Shown here piece by piece: positions 1-12,260 of a DNA stretch of 64,000 bases. This stretch comes from Octopus vulgaris (Eukaryota). The DNA is taken from positions 55,304,001 to 55,368,000 of the forward strand of contig OX597827.1 of NCBI GenBank assembly GCA_951406725.2, read 5' to 3'. Under the pieces are notes generated by a model. That model was not told where the DNA came from and did no database searches. It saw only the letters and a program-made list of their open reading frames with translations. How positions within the stretch are numbered: the first letter of the stretch is position 1; each line of letters opens with the position of its first letter. A program made the translations under genes and the position numbers.

Positions 1-90
1 AGACAGACAGAGAGTGTGTGCGTGTTTTATGTTACTAACGTTGGGTGCAAAACAATTTATAGTTCTATATTTAAGAGATGAGGAATTATG

Positions 91-211
91 TACATTATTT
101 ACATTTGACAGATATTTGTCCTCATCTGAAGGAGGCTGGAGGGTATATCAGCCGAAACGTGTTAAAAACAAACAAGATGAGGACAAATATCCGTCAAATG
201 TAAATAATGTA
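91..211. repeat. 37-bp inverted repeat enclosing a hammerhead-like core (Penelope-like terminus)
   Basis: 91-127 pairs with 175-211 (1 mismatch); spacer CTGAAGGAGGCTG...CAGCCGAAAC. Confidence 0.7.
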
Positions 212-639
212 AAAAAAGACAATTTATGTTGTGAACTCTTATGTAAATGAAAAAGGATGATGACAATAATGATGATGATGATGATGATACCTTATATGTG
301 AACCAATGATGGAAACTCTAAAGTAATTACTTGATTTGTTATAAATAACAGCCAGATTTCTTTAAAATCTCAACTCAGTGCTTTCAATAAAAAAAGATAC
401 ACTGGATAACATAGTTTCAGATATATTCTAGATATATATTAGACTAGGCTAAAAGATTGGGTGGTCACTGCTGAAATGCTTTTTGATCATAAGTCTGCTG
501 ATGTAGTACAGCATGCCACATTACATCATGTCAGGTGAGATTTGAGGAAAACTTGATATACACTCAGTAAACTATTTATAATACCAACAAGGCAAAGTCA
601 GGATTTACCCATCAGGTGGAGTACATTGGAATTGTTTAC

Positions 640-3290
640 TTTAAATAGACAGGTCTTCTCTAGGACTTCATATTGCCAAACATCTCGGTCAACAGTCCAC
701 TGTCATTTCTTCCGTGAGCCCCTACATCCTAAGATCAGTCCTCACCACTTCATCCTATGTTTTCCTCAGTCTCCCTCTTCCACAGGTACCATCCACTTTC
801 AGCCACAGGTACCATCCACTTTCAGCCACAGGCACTTCTGTATACAGCTATCTTCACGCATATGCATCACATGTCCAAACCAACGCAGTCTCCTCTCCTG
901 CATACCACATTTAATCCCTCTTACACCTAACTTTTCTCTCAATACAGTTGTGCTTTGTCAGTAATGCACACTGATGTTGCAATTTCAATGGAGCATACTA
1001 CTTCATTCCTCTCCAGCCTACGCATGTCCTCCACAGTCAGAGCCCATGTAACATAACCATTCTCACACAAGCATCATACAATCTACCTTTCACTCTGAGA
1101 GAGAGTCCTTTTGCTACCAACAGAGATAGTAGTTCTCTGAACTTCCTCCACCCTATTCTTATTCTAGAAACAATAGTTTCAGAGCATCCACCACTGTCGC
1201 TAATTCGGTCACCTAAATGGCAGAAACTATCTACTGCCTCAAAAGAGTCTCCTGGGCATTTGAGAGGGTTTAAGTTTCTTATGCTCTTAGTACTTACTGT
1301 TCTTGCACATTTGCCACATAAATAAGTGACCATATCTGATAATCTTCCCATGATTCCACTGCATCTCTTATGCAGCCATAGCTTACACTTGGTGCAGCGA
1401 ATGGAATTACATCCCACTCCTTTCGTACATATTGAACAGGGTCATTTGCCAGCTGGAATGAAAGTCTTATCTCTTTTCTTGCTAACAACAACTTTAGTCT
1501 TAGCTAAGTTAACTTTAAGGCTCTTTGATTCCAGGTTTTGCTTCCAAACCCACAACTACTTCTCCAATCCTTCTTCACATTCTGCAATAAGAGCAAGATC
1601 ATCAGCATATAGTAGTTCCCATGGGCATCCAGTTTTGAATTCATCTATTATGGCTTGGAGAACTATGATAAATAAGAGTGGACTGATCCCTGGTGTATAT
1701 GTTAAATTCATCACTGTGTTCAAGGCCAACTCTCACCTTACTGACAGCATCGCTGTACATGGCTTGACCTGCTCTAACAAGCCACTCCTCTACTCCTAGA
1801 TTCCTTAGAGGTCACCAAATAAGAGAGCAGAGAACCCTGTCAAAAGCTTTCTCCAGGTCAACGAAGGCTAAGTATTGGGTCATCCCATAAACAATGCAGT
1901 TTTTATACTTCTTTTATTTTTCAAAATTAAGGTAAACAAAGTTCTTTTTTAATCTAAAATATACTCTCCTTCAATTTCTACAATGCTCTTCCATCTATCT
2001 GGTAGACTTGTAAGGCCCTCCTCCTAAATTCACTTGTCCATGACGAAAAATACTCTTCTAGTACTGTTCTGACCTTATCTACAGAATTCATATTTTTCCA
2101 TCCAAATGATTTTGAAGACTACGGAATAAATGATTATCAGATGGGGCAAAGTCCAGTAAATATGGTGTGTGGGGCATCATCTCTCATTCAAACTGCTCCA
2201 GCTTTTGGAATGTCATCCTCATTGTATGTGGCCAAGCATTATCCTGATGGAAGAACACCTTTCGTCTTGAAACCAAAGGTGGTCATTTTTTTCTTCTAGT
2301 GCTGACATGAATGATTGGTTGAATGACCAAATCTAAGTTCCTCTGCTAATTCCTGAACATTTATGATGGGATTTTGTTCCAAGAGGGTTTGCAAGACATC
2401 CTTGTCGAGCCCTACAGATCTTCCAGGATGAGGCCCATCTTCTAGGCTGTAGTTTCTGGCTCAGAATTTCTGGAACCACTATTGACACTGGCTTACACTT
2501 ATTGTCCAATCCCCATATTAATAATATTCTTTGCATTTTCCATTGCATCGTTGCCTTTATTAAACTCATAAAGGAAAATATGCCAGATATGTTCCTTTGT
2601 CCCTTCCATTATAGCTTTGAAAAAATAACTGTTAAAAATCAAACCGCACTCTTCAAAACTTGCACTAAGAATAAGCACAAGGTAAAATTATTACCTGCTT
2701 TTATAGTAAGTTGAAGCAGGAAGTTTATCCCCTTCCCCTTAACTTTTAGTTTATGCAATTGAAAAACCACATTATTTATGGGATGACTCAATACAATGAC
2801 TTACTTTTGGCCAAATACTTTTCTTACAACTGTCTCACTATGAAGATGGCATGTATGGTACTTCTCCCAGGAAGAAAACCGAACTGCACCTCATCTAGTT
2901 TAATTCTATCCCTAATTAGTTGAGATATAACTCTCTGTAATTTTCATGACCTGATCCTGTAGTTTGATACTTCTGTAGTTGTTTCTACCTAAGGCATCAC
3001 CTTTACCCTTGTAGCAGCCGACTATAATACTGCTACACTAGTCTTTGGGGATGATGCCTTCCTGAATAACCTGGTTAACTATGCAAGTGACTAGGCTGCA
3101 TCCCACACTACCTGATATTTTAATCATCTAGGCAGTGATACCTGATAGTTCAGGAGCTTTCCCAGTCTTTATTTTCTTAATTACCTTATCTATCATACTG
3201 CTATCCACTCTGCCTGGTCCCTCAATTGGTTCAATATTTGAAAGATCCTCCCAATTATTCTCCACATTTAACAACCTTTCATAAAATATA
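640..3290 (-). mobile_element. Degenerate RTE-clade LINE (RT region to 3' end), interrupted by a mariner
   Basis: Minus-strand peptides KIKTGKAPELSGITA, AIFIVRQL*EKYLAKSKSLY/LAFVDLEKAFDRV, PWELLYADDLAL, CTKCKLWLHKRC and RIRIGWRKFRELL...KGRLYDACVR. Confidence 0.88.
1875..2791 (-). mobile_element. Internally deleted mariner transposon
   Basis: TIRs TTGGGTCATCCCATAAA... and ...TTTATGGGATGACTCAA with TA flanks. Minus-strand remnants of FHQDNA and PY(S)PD(L)APSD(Y)HLFRSLQNHL motifs. Confidence 0.88.
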
Positions 3291-3379
3291 TTTATATTAA
3301 TGTAGCATAGTCTATAATATTCCTGATGATTTGGAATAAACACAGCTTTTAATTAATTTAATTGATATTATGTTTGTTC

Positions 3380-3670
3380 CTTCTCGAGTCATGTCTGGCT
3401 CATAAGGGCCGGTTTCCCAGTTTCCTCAGTATATAGGTTCCCCACCTGGATGGGACGCCGGTCGGTTGCAGGTGAGCTGCAAGATGCAGGAGGAAAGAGT
3501 GAGAGAAAGTTGTGACAAAAGAGTCAGCAGAAGTTCACCATTACCTTCTGCTGGAGCCGTATGGAGCTTAGGTGTTTCGCTCATAAACACACACATCGCC
3601 CGGTCTGAGATTCGAACCCACGATCCCTCGACCGTGAGTCCACTGCTCTAACCACTAGGCCATGTACCTT
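3380..3670 (-). mobile_element. tRNA-derived SINE
   Basis: Minus-strand head TGGCCTAGTGGTTAGAGC...GGTTCGAATCTC (Pol III A and B boxes), related to the copies at 5990-6372 and 19392-19700. Confidence 0.75.
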
Positions 3671-3860
3671 TGCAATTGATATTAATTATTTATCAATTAT
3701 GTAGTCATGGAATTATTGATGTTTATTTCTAAAGAAATAGTTGTTTAAAATATAAAATCATGAAGCATCCATGAAATTTTTATTTTCCTGCTTTTTATTC
3801 TCTCTATATATGTGTGTGTATGTATATGCATATCAGATGATTCAAAATAATATTTCTTAC

Positions 3861-4049
3861 CAAATATCCATAAATATCAGGTGGCTGATCGTAAAATAAG
3901 TTATTCAGAACCTCTTCAATTTTTTGCGGAACTTTATTCTTTTGATAATACTCCACAGCTTGGCGCTTGAGATCATCACGTCCATATCTAAGATATGAAT
4001 ATTTACTTTTTGCTGTTTTCCCTTTATCTTCTTCCGTCGAAGGTGATTC
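3861..4049 (-). CDS. ENO4: ENO4-like coding exon (conserved N-terminal helical region)
   Basis: Acceptor ctttctttgtcaag, donor TTG|gtaaga, 189 nt, phase 0/0, open: ESPSTEEDKGKTAKSKYSYLRYGRDDLKRQAVEYYQKNKVPQKIEEVLNNLFYDQPPDIYGYL. Confidence 0.88.
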
Positions 4050-7000
4050 CTTGACAAAGAAAGAAAGATTATCATTAGGATTTATTGAGAAGAAAAATTG
4101 GGAGAAATAAAAGAATTATAAGAGAGAGAGAGTAATCAAGCAAACTGTCTCAACTTGAACCCAAGTTTTGTTGTTTACCATGACACAGGGAGTGTCATGA
4201 TTCTCTTGCCTTTTGAGATTTGACTTCTGTAGGAAGTGCAACTTGTTTATTTTATTTTTTTTTTTTTTTGCAACAATCTCTGTTGCAGGAGCCAGCAACA
4301 AATCTGATATTATTTTTTTAATATCATCAAATGCCTTTTGACAATTATTTGACCAATTCCACTTCACTTCCTTTTTTAGCAAATTATTTAGTGAAGCACT
4401 CAATTCATACATATTTGGTATATAATTTTGATAATAATTTGCTAAACCTAGAAAAGCTTGTAAGGTCATTACATTAGTTGGAGAAGGCATTCCTGTTGAT
4501 AATTTATCCGAAATACTTAATTTTAGGTAAGAAAAATTCACATTTTTCCACACTCATTGTGAAACTAATCTCTTATTTTTCCAAAAACACATTTTACATG
4601 CTCGACATGCTAATCAGAAGATTCACTTATAATTAATATATCATCCAGGTATGGAGTTGTGAATTCAGTCTGCTAACATTGCATCCATAGCCTGTTGAAA
4701 AATTGCAGGTGTAACCTTTAGACCAAATGGTAATCTATTATATTTATATAGTTCTTTATGAGTATACACTGTTAGATATTTTGAGCATTCCTCATCTACT
4801 CTAATTTGTAGGTACACATCAGAGAGATCCAGTTTTGAAAATATCTTGCCCCCATTTAACTTCACAAAAATATCCTCTGGAGTAGGTAGCAGATAGTGAC
4901 ACATTTTCAGATATTCATTCAAGCCAGTGGAAAAATCAGCACATACCTTGATTTTGTTATTCATTTTTTAATATGCCCTGTTGAACTACCCATATTGCAT
5001 CGTTTATTTTTACATACATATACTTTCATTTTGGGGTGTTGTCACAACTTTCCATGGAGCAAATCTTTTCAGAAGAATTTGCTTTTTCCAACCTTTTTTT
5101 GCTTCACTATGTAGTGCAAGCTTTTATGTTCTATTTTTTGAAAACTAAAACATTTTCAAGTTTTAAATGGATCGACTTTCTTAAAATGCAGACCTCCACA
5201 CCCATATCATGGGTTAGGTCATAACATTCTTTTTTCTTTGTTCCCTGATGCAAGTTGATAATTCTTTGACATTCCTCCTGTAGGGTTAAATTCTGGTCCT
5301 CCTGTTCTAGTTTTGTAAGAATCTGTGCATGTATTTCTGCATCTTTGTTTGCCATCAAACCTTGCACAAAGATGAGGCATTTAAACATGTCAGGAGATAA
5401 TTCTTTCAGTTTAAATTTTTCGCACATTTTATTTATGATTCCAGCATAACTGACAAAATCATCGTCCTCTTCTTTTACTAAGTTCAAGCACTCCCAGTGA
5501 GTGTTAAACAGGGAACTCTTATCACTGAACATTTTGTATAGCAATTCAATTGCAGTATTTCTCATTTTCTGAAGGACCTAGTATCTGTAACAGTAGTCTC
5601 ACTTTTTCATCATCTGCCCAACACTTGCAATCTTCCTTGAAGATTTCTTTGTATCTTCTGAAGTATGCCAAAAACGTTATAACTGTATTCAGTTATAGCA
5701 TTTGCTATGCCTTCTGGCGAAAATGGACTTGGAGCATTTCCTGACTTCAACATCAGCTCCAGCAACTGATTGTGTTGTAGTTGTTGGTGCAACAGGAGTT
5801 GCACCAACACACTACTACTTATACAAGTTCATCTAGTCCATTGTCACCAACACACACACACACATATATATATATAATAAATAAATAATATATATCTGTG
5901 TTAACTTGACCTGTTTTCCATTTTCTCCTCGTTGTTTACATATTTCCTATCATTTGCACCATTGGTGACGTGCTGTACCCATATATATCGTGGCACTCTA
6001 CCAGTTATGACAACGAGAATTCCAGTTGATCTGATCAACAGAACAGTCTGCTCATGAACTTAACGTGTAAGTAGCTGAGCACTCCACAGACACGTGTACC
6101 CTTAATGTAGTTCTTGGGGAGATTCAGCATGACACAGAGTGTGACAAGGCTGGCCCTTTGAAAATATAGGTACAACAGAAATAGGCAGAAAGACTGAGAG
6201 AAAGTTGTGGTGAAAGAGTACAGCAGGGTTCGTCACCACCTCCTGCCAGAGCCTCGTGGAGCTTTATGTGTTTTCACTCAACAAACACTCACAACACCTG
6301 GTCTGGGAATTGAAACTGCAATCCTATGACCACAAGTCCGCTGCCTTAACCACTGGACCATTGTACCTCCACATATATATATATATATATACGGTGCATG
6401 GCTCAGTGGTTAGAGCGTCGAGCTTACGATCGTGAGGTTGTGAGCTCGAATCCCGGACCGGGCTGCGTGTTGTGTTCTCGAGCAAGGCACTTTATTTCAC
6501 GTTGCTCCAGTTCACTCAGCTGTAGAAATGAGTTGCGACGTCACTGGTGCCAAGCTGTATCGACCTTTGTCTTTCCCTTGGATAACACTGGTGGCGTGGA
6601 GAGGGGAGGCTGGTATGCATGGGCGACTGCTGGCCTTCCATAAACAACCTTGCCCGGACTTGTATCTAGGAAGGTAACTTTCTAGGTGCAATCCCATGGT
6701 CATTCATGACCGAAGGGGGTCTTTTATATTATTTATTATTTAATTGAATGCAACGCATCCATTTCCAAGTATATATATATACACACACACACACACAAAC
6801 ATAATTACATAGAAATGGAAACAATCTAGCGGAGAAAGAAAGATGTTCATCTTATTGTTGAAAGGAGTAAGTTGGAAGTTATAGGTATCTTGATAGTGAG
6901 TTAGAGAAAAGAAGAAAAGAACAGCATGATTTCTTCAAAAGAAAGTTATGCCAAGCTAGCAGGAACTAGCTTTTGTCGTTTATGCATATAGTAGTAATAA

Positions 7001-10000
7001 ATACCTATGTTAGAAAAAGAAACAAGCCAGTGGAGAAAAAAAGATGTTCGTCTTACTTTTGAAAGTTTGAAACCCAAGTAATGGGTCAAAATGTCAAGCA
7101 TGCCCCTACCATCTCTGTCAACAACTACAAGCTGGAGGTAGTCTATCAATTCACCTATCTCGGCTCTACCATCGTTGATGACCTCTCCATAGACCCTGAG
7201 ATCAACAGGCAGATCAGACAAGTATCTTCCACATTTGCCAGGCTCACAAAGAGTCTGGGAAAACAAAAAACTGGCTGCAAACACCAAAATTGTTGTCTAT
7301 AAGGCATACGTCCTTAGTGCACTACTTTATGGCAGTGAGATGTGGAGCCTATACTATAGACAGGAGCAGCATCTCAACGTCTTTCACCTTCGCAATTTAA
7401 GACACATCTTGGATATCAAGTGGACCAACCACATCACCAACACAGAAGTCCTCAACCAAACCAAGATATCCAGCATACATATGTTGCTCCAGCAGTGTTG
7501 TTTGCACTGGCTTGATCATGTTCATCGCATGCCAGACAGAGGGATCCGAAAACCCCTCCTGTATGAGGAATTGGCTATAGGCACAAGATTACAAGGACAT
7601 CTTCACTTCAAAGATGGCTGTAAGAGAGATATGAAGTCACTTGATCTGGACGTCTTGAGATGAGAGGATGTTGCAAATGATCTCCCACACTGGAGGCAAA
7701 TACTGCGAAAGGGAATGAAGAGAGCAGAAGAAAAACAAGTACTTGCCATTAGAGAAAAGTGTACTCAATGGAAGGAAAAGTCAGCAGCACTGGCAGAGAA
7801 CTCCTTCAAATGCAGTCGCTGTATGTGTGACTGACACTCCTGTGTGGGCCTGTACAGCCACAATAGAGGCTGCACCACCATCAGCAGCTGCCTGCCATGA
7901 TTTCTTTGGGCGCAGATCCATGGCCTCTTGAGACCAACAGATGCCTGCTACTAATTACATAATCTTTTCTACTGTAGGCACAAGGCCTGAAATTTGGGGG
8001 CAGGGAGTAAGTTGATTACATTGACCCCAGTGCTCAACTGGTATTTATCTTATCAACCATGAAAGGATGAAAGGCAAAGTTGACCCCAGTGGCATTTGAA
8101 CTCAGAATGTAAAGAGGAACAAAATGCTGTTAAGCATTTCACCCAGCAAGCTAACAATACTTCTAGCTCACCGCCTTTATATATATATAATTACATAATG
8201 CATACATATGTGTGAGTGTGTTTGTAGTTGAGGGAGAGACAAAGAAAAAAGAAACACATATTCTGCTGTCTTTTTTTATCCTTTTCCATGGGAGAGAAGG
8301 GGGTTTAAAAATTTCTCTCTTGAATTTTTGAGTAACACAGGCAGTTTTCATTTTAAGGTCAGGATCGAATGGAATGTCTCTCAATAGTTGAAGTGAAATT
8401 GTGTGACTGAGATTTACCCTGCCAAATCATCTTTTTCATTGAAATGTCATGTAACAATGAAATTTTTCTTTTAAACTTGAAGTGATTCTGCTAAAAAAAT
8501 ATCTGTAACAGAAATTGTTCAGCAACTTCTGGCTTTTCACACTCAGTGACATAGTGGTGGACTAGTATCGTAGCTAGATCTGTAAACCATAAGCAACAAG
8601 CTTGAAAAAAAAACTATAAGGCGGTATCAGAGATCAGTATCAAGTAGTGAGAAGAGAAGCTAGGCGTCAAGTATACATAAGTATAAACTAATATAAATTT
8701 CTCAGCTGTTTGTTATTCTGATGAGAGATCTATTTCGCCTATATCTGACCTAATCCAGCACAGCCCAGATGCATTTCTAAGTTGGACATTACAACACCAT
8801 CTCTCAGCTTATTTCTTCACATAAACATTGATGGTTGATTAACATGAACAATGAGGCCCACAGAATCCTATAGCCTCACATGGCTGCATGACACCAGCAA
8901 TGCCCATAACTACAATTTCACAGGTGTCATTTACATCAGTGCTACTCAAAGTGGTGGTCCACAGACCAGTGCCAGTATGCAGCCAGTTTCCAGAAAAGAA
9001 AGAAACATTATAAAATGCTTATGTAATATTGTATTATTTGTTTGCAAAATAAACATAAGATAAAGAAATTGTCAACTTTTATTATATTTATTATATATAT
9101 TGTTTCCAGTATAAATTAATATTACTAAGAAATATTACCGGTCCTTAGTACATTGGAAAAAAAAAAATGCTGGTGTGCCACATCAGCTAGTATGAGAAGC
9201 ACTGATTAACATGCCACTGGCACCAGCCATGACTACGGTTTCACTGGCTTGATGAGTTTTCTCAAGTACAGCATATCACCAACGGTCTCCGTCACTTGTC
9301 ATCGCCTCCATGGGGCCCAACATGCTTCACCACTTTGTACCATGTCTTGCTGAGTCTACCCCTTCCACAGGTTCCCTCCATAGTTAGAGATCTGCACTTC
9401 TTTACACAGCTATCCTCATCCATATGCATCACATGACCAACCAGCACATTTGTCTCCCTTGCACACCACATCTGATGCCTCTTGAGCCTAGCTTTTCTCT
9501 CAAGACACGCTGTCACACATGCACATCTTGTGAAACACACTAGCTTCATTTCTTTCAAGCCTTTGCATGACCTCTGCACTCAAAGCCCATGTTTTACAAA
9601 CAGTCTGCCTTTCATTCTGAGGGAGAAGCTCTCTGAACTTTTCCCCAGTCTATTCTTATTCTAGCAGCTACGCTCTCAGAGTATCCACCTCCACTGCTGA
9701 TTTGGTCACCTAGATAACGGAAACTATAATCTACTTCTAGGTATCCCCACTGGCATTTGATGGAGTCTATTTTCTTTCTCATATCACTTCCATACCTCTT
9801 TCTCATCAGTGTCAGTAAAAGAAAGTGTGTCAAGATTATTCCATAGACACTTCTCTCCAACTTAGTCTCAATTATCTCTCATACTCTGTCTTGCAATCCA
9901 GAATCTCTCACCTCTATGTTGCAGAACATATGTAAGCCCTTCACTTTCTGCTTCTGCCCTTGTTATGTATACTTGATGCTAGCTTCTCTTCTAACTACTT

Positions 10001-10634
10001 GATACTGATCTCTGATGCTTCCCTTCTTATTGCTTTATTTTTTTTTTCAAGCTTATTGCTTATGTTTTACAGATCTAACTACAATACTAGTCCACTACTA
10101 TGTCACTTTCTGTCAAGTAGGAACCTTGCACCAGCCATAGATCTGGTCCATAGCGCCTCAACAATTTAGTCTGTACCGGGCATGGCTGTGTGGTTAGGGA
10201 GCTTGCTTCTTAGCTACATGGTTTCGGGTTCAGTCCCACTGCGTGGCACTTTGGGTAGGTGTCTTCCACTATAGCCCCGAGCCGACCGGAGCTTTGTGAT
10301 TGAATTCGGTAGGTGGAAGCTACTGCCGTGTGTGTATGTGTGCGTATAGCTGCTCAGTGCCTCTCCAAAAGAGAGAGAGGGAATGTTCACATATACAAAC
10401 ATGCAAACAAATGCAAATGCACACATACATAAGAAAAACATCCAGATTTCCACATGCAATGACATATATGCATGAAACCACATATAATAATGTACGGTTA
10501 CATATATACATATATATAAATACAAACATGACTACCTCGTCAATGAAAGAGCCTCGTTTCTGAAGTAAAGACTGGCTTTTTCTTTATATAAGAGAAATTT
10601 GAAAAACAAGACTGAAAGACCATACATCACTCAT

Positions 10635-10694
<60 letters not shown>

Positions 10695-11570
10695 TTGTAT
10701 GGATATCAAGAGTTGGCAGTGAAACTATGGTTTCTGTTCATATTATCTTTCGAGATATATTCTAAGCTGTAACACCTGCAATAAGATATTTTTGTTGTTC
10801 CTACAAGAAGATCGTGAATTGGTAAACAAAGAGTAAATGTCAGGGAAATAGCAGATGAAGTTTCTTGTTGGTATTTTCTGGGTGGTGGTGTTGGTGGTGG
10901 TGGCAGCAGTGGTGGTGATGGTGTTGTGGTTAGTAGCTAACTAGATTTGCTCTTGATAGATTGAAAAAGTTCATAAATGTGTGCATGCGTGTGTATACTC
11001 ACGTACAAACACTTCAATATACACATTGTATTTATCAAAAACATACACACACACACACACACAAACACACACATGTACATATATATATATATGAACTTCA
11101 TATATGTACATATACAGACAACTTGGGATTGAGAGGTATCTTTAGTTTTGTCAAGGATATCACAACCTTCCTAGTGATAGTGCTTTGATAAAATGCACCC
11201 AGTACACTCTGCAAGGCATTTGGTGATAGTAAGGGCATCTGATTATAGAAACCAAATCAGACATGAAAAGTGAAAGTGAGACATGGTCCTCTAATCCATC
11301 TAGGAGAGGAGGGAGAGGTGGAAGAAGGGGAGCAGTGGGAGGGAGGGGTGGAAGAGGTGTGGAGAAGGAAGAGGGGGAACAGGGGAAGCAGGAGAATGTA
11401 GGATGAGGAAGAGCAAGGAGGGTATGGGAGGAGTAGGAGGAAAAGGAAGTGGAGGGAAGAGAGGAGGAGGAGGGAGAAGGAAGATATACACATACAATCA
11501 CACAAACATACTGCTTCATTAAACCGTTTGAATAATTTTGTTTTGTACTTTGAGTATTTTCAAAACCCAT
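3861..11570 (-). CDS. ENO4: Enolase 4-like gene, 5' portion (continues beyond the left edge); exons 11512-11570, 10536-10581, 3861-4049
   Basis: Exon 3861-4049 encodes ...DLKRQAVEYYQKNKVPQKIEEVLNNLFYDQPPDIYGYL, closely resembling the vertebrate ENO4 N-terminus as I recall it (KLKQQAMEYYRENDVPRRLEELLNSTFYLQPADVYGHL). The upstream exons join in compatible phases but are less certain. Confidence 0.75.
4270..5850 (-). mobile_element. Ty3/Gypsy LTR-retrotransposon relic (gag plus RT)
   Basis: Gag-like ORF 5131-5565. RT motifs CADFSTGLN, FSKLDLSDVYLQI, YNRLPFGLK, YLDDI and LQAFLGLANYY. PBS-like TGGTGAC near 5843-5849. Frameshifted. Confidence 0.9.
5990..6372 (-). mobile_element. tRNA-derived SINE
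   Basis: Degenerate A/B-box head near 6300-6370; body shared with 19392-19700 and 48250-48575. Confidence 0.7.
6393..6722 (+). mobile_element. tRNA-derived SINE (CpG-rich, probably young)
   Basis: TGGCTCAGTGGTTAGAGCG...GAGCTCGAATCCC head followed by a non-tRNA core. Confidence 0.8.
7070..7950 (+). mobile_element. RTE LINE 3' fragment
   Basis: LEVVYQFTYLGSTI, TKIVVYKAYVLSALLYGSEMW and LHWLDHVHRMPD; frameshifted. Confidence 0.88.
8937..9204. mobile_element. hAT/Charlie-like MITE
   Basis: TIRs CAGTGCTACTCA and TGAGAAGCACTG; 8-bp TSD-like flanks atttacat / attaacat. Confidence 0.7.
9205..9790 (-). mobile_element. RTE LINE 3' fragment
   Basis: FRYLGDQISSGGG, GHVMHMDEDSCVKKC and GRGRLSKTW; same family as 640-3290 and 56155-57330. 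Confidence 0.85.
10536..10581 (-). CDS. ENO4: Putative ENO4-like small coding exon
   Basis: Acceptor tctcttatataaag, donor GAG|gtagtc, 46 nt, phase 2/0 (KSQSLLQKRGSFIDE). It bridges the phase-2 donor at 11512 to the phase-0 exon starting at 4049. Confidence 0.5.
10639..10691. repeat. (TA)n microsatellite (others near 25770-25883, 31846-31880, 32055-32122)
   Basis: Direct reading. Confidence 0.95.
11303..11483. repeat. Polypurine (GA-rich) tract
   Basis: About 180 nt of almost only G and A on the plus strand. Confidence 0.9.
11512..11570 (-). CDS. ENO4: Putative ENO4-like first coding segment (exon probably extends 5' to 11582 or 11746)
   Basis: ATG at 11570, MGFENTQSTKQNYSNGLMK, then donor CA|gtatgt. 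Candidate acceptors at 11582 (gttcag) and 11746 (tattctacag). Confidence 0.5.
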
Positions 11571-11879
11571 CTCACTAGAAATCTGAACATTTCAAAATGA
11601 ATTTAAAGCACAAAGTAGGTCATTTGTGACAGACTCAAACACATCATCTTCAGTTAGCATTCCTTGTTGTCTTGTGTTGAGAAAATCTTCCATAAGCACA
11701 TTTTGAAAATTTCGAAACAAGTTAGTGGTTCAGAAAGAGTGCAAAACTGTAGAATATAAATAAACAAATAAAGTTCTGAGTTGGCTCCCTGTATGACTAA
11801 GAGAGGCTTCAACCAAGCAATTGTGCCATTCTTGATCGTCTACCAAGGGATTTAAAGCCTGACACGCCTCTTTTTTTTA

Positions 11880-12260
11880 TTCTTTTGCTTGTTTCAGTCA
11901 TTTGACTGTGGCCATGCTGAAGCACCGCCTTTAGTTGAGCAAATTGACCCCAGGACTTATTCTTTGTAAGCCTAGTACTTATTCTATCAGTCTCTTTTGC
12001 CGAACCGCTAAGTTACAGAGATGTAAACACACCACCATCAAGCAATGTTGGGGGGACAAACACAAACACACATATATATATATATATAGATATATACGAC
12101 GGGCTTCTTTCAGTTTCCGTTTACCAAATCCACTCACAAGACTTTGGTAGGCCGGAGGCTGTAGTAGAAGACACTTGCCCAAGGTGCCACGCAATGGGAA
12201 TGAACCCAGAACCATGTGGTTGGTAATCAAACTACGTACTACACAGCCACTCCTGCGCCT
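11880..12260 (-). mobile_element. Abundant SINE family, full-length copy
   Basis: Reverse complement of the AGGCGCAGGAGTGGCTGTGT...GGGCAAGTGTCTTCT...CAGCATGGCC..AGTCAAATGACTGAAAC element seen at 20816-21190. Confidence 0.85.

Noticed and set aside
6393-6470. tRNA gene
   Set aside because: A and B boxes are present but the sequence continues into a SINE body without a proper acceptor stem; the same applies near 3600 and 19400.
8163-8580. Coding-looking minus-strand segment as a functional ENO4 exon
   Set aside because: I found no convincing acceptor/donor pair giving a stop-free, phase-compatible exon; kept only as a possible decayed exon.
11592-11594. Selenocysteine codon
   Set aside because: No redox motif context, ENO4 is not a known selenoprotein, and the 3' UTR (SECIS location) is outside the window.
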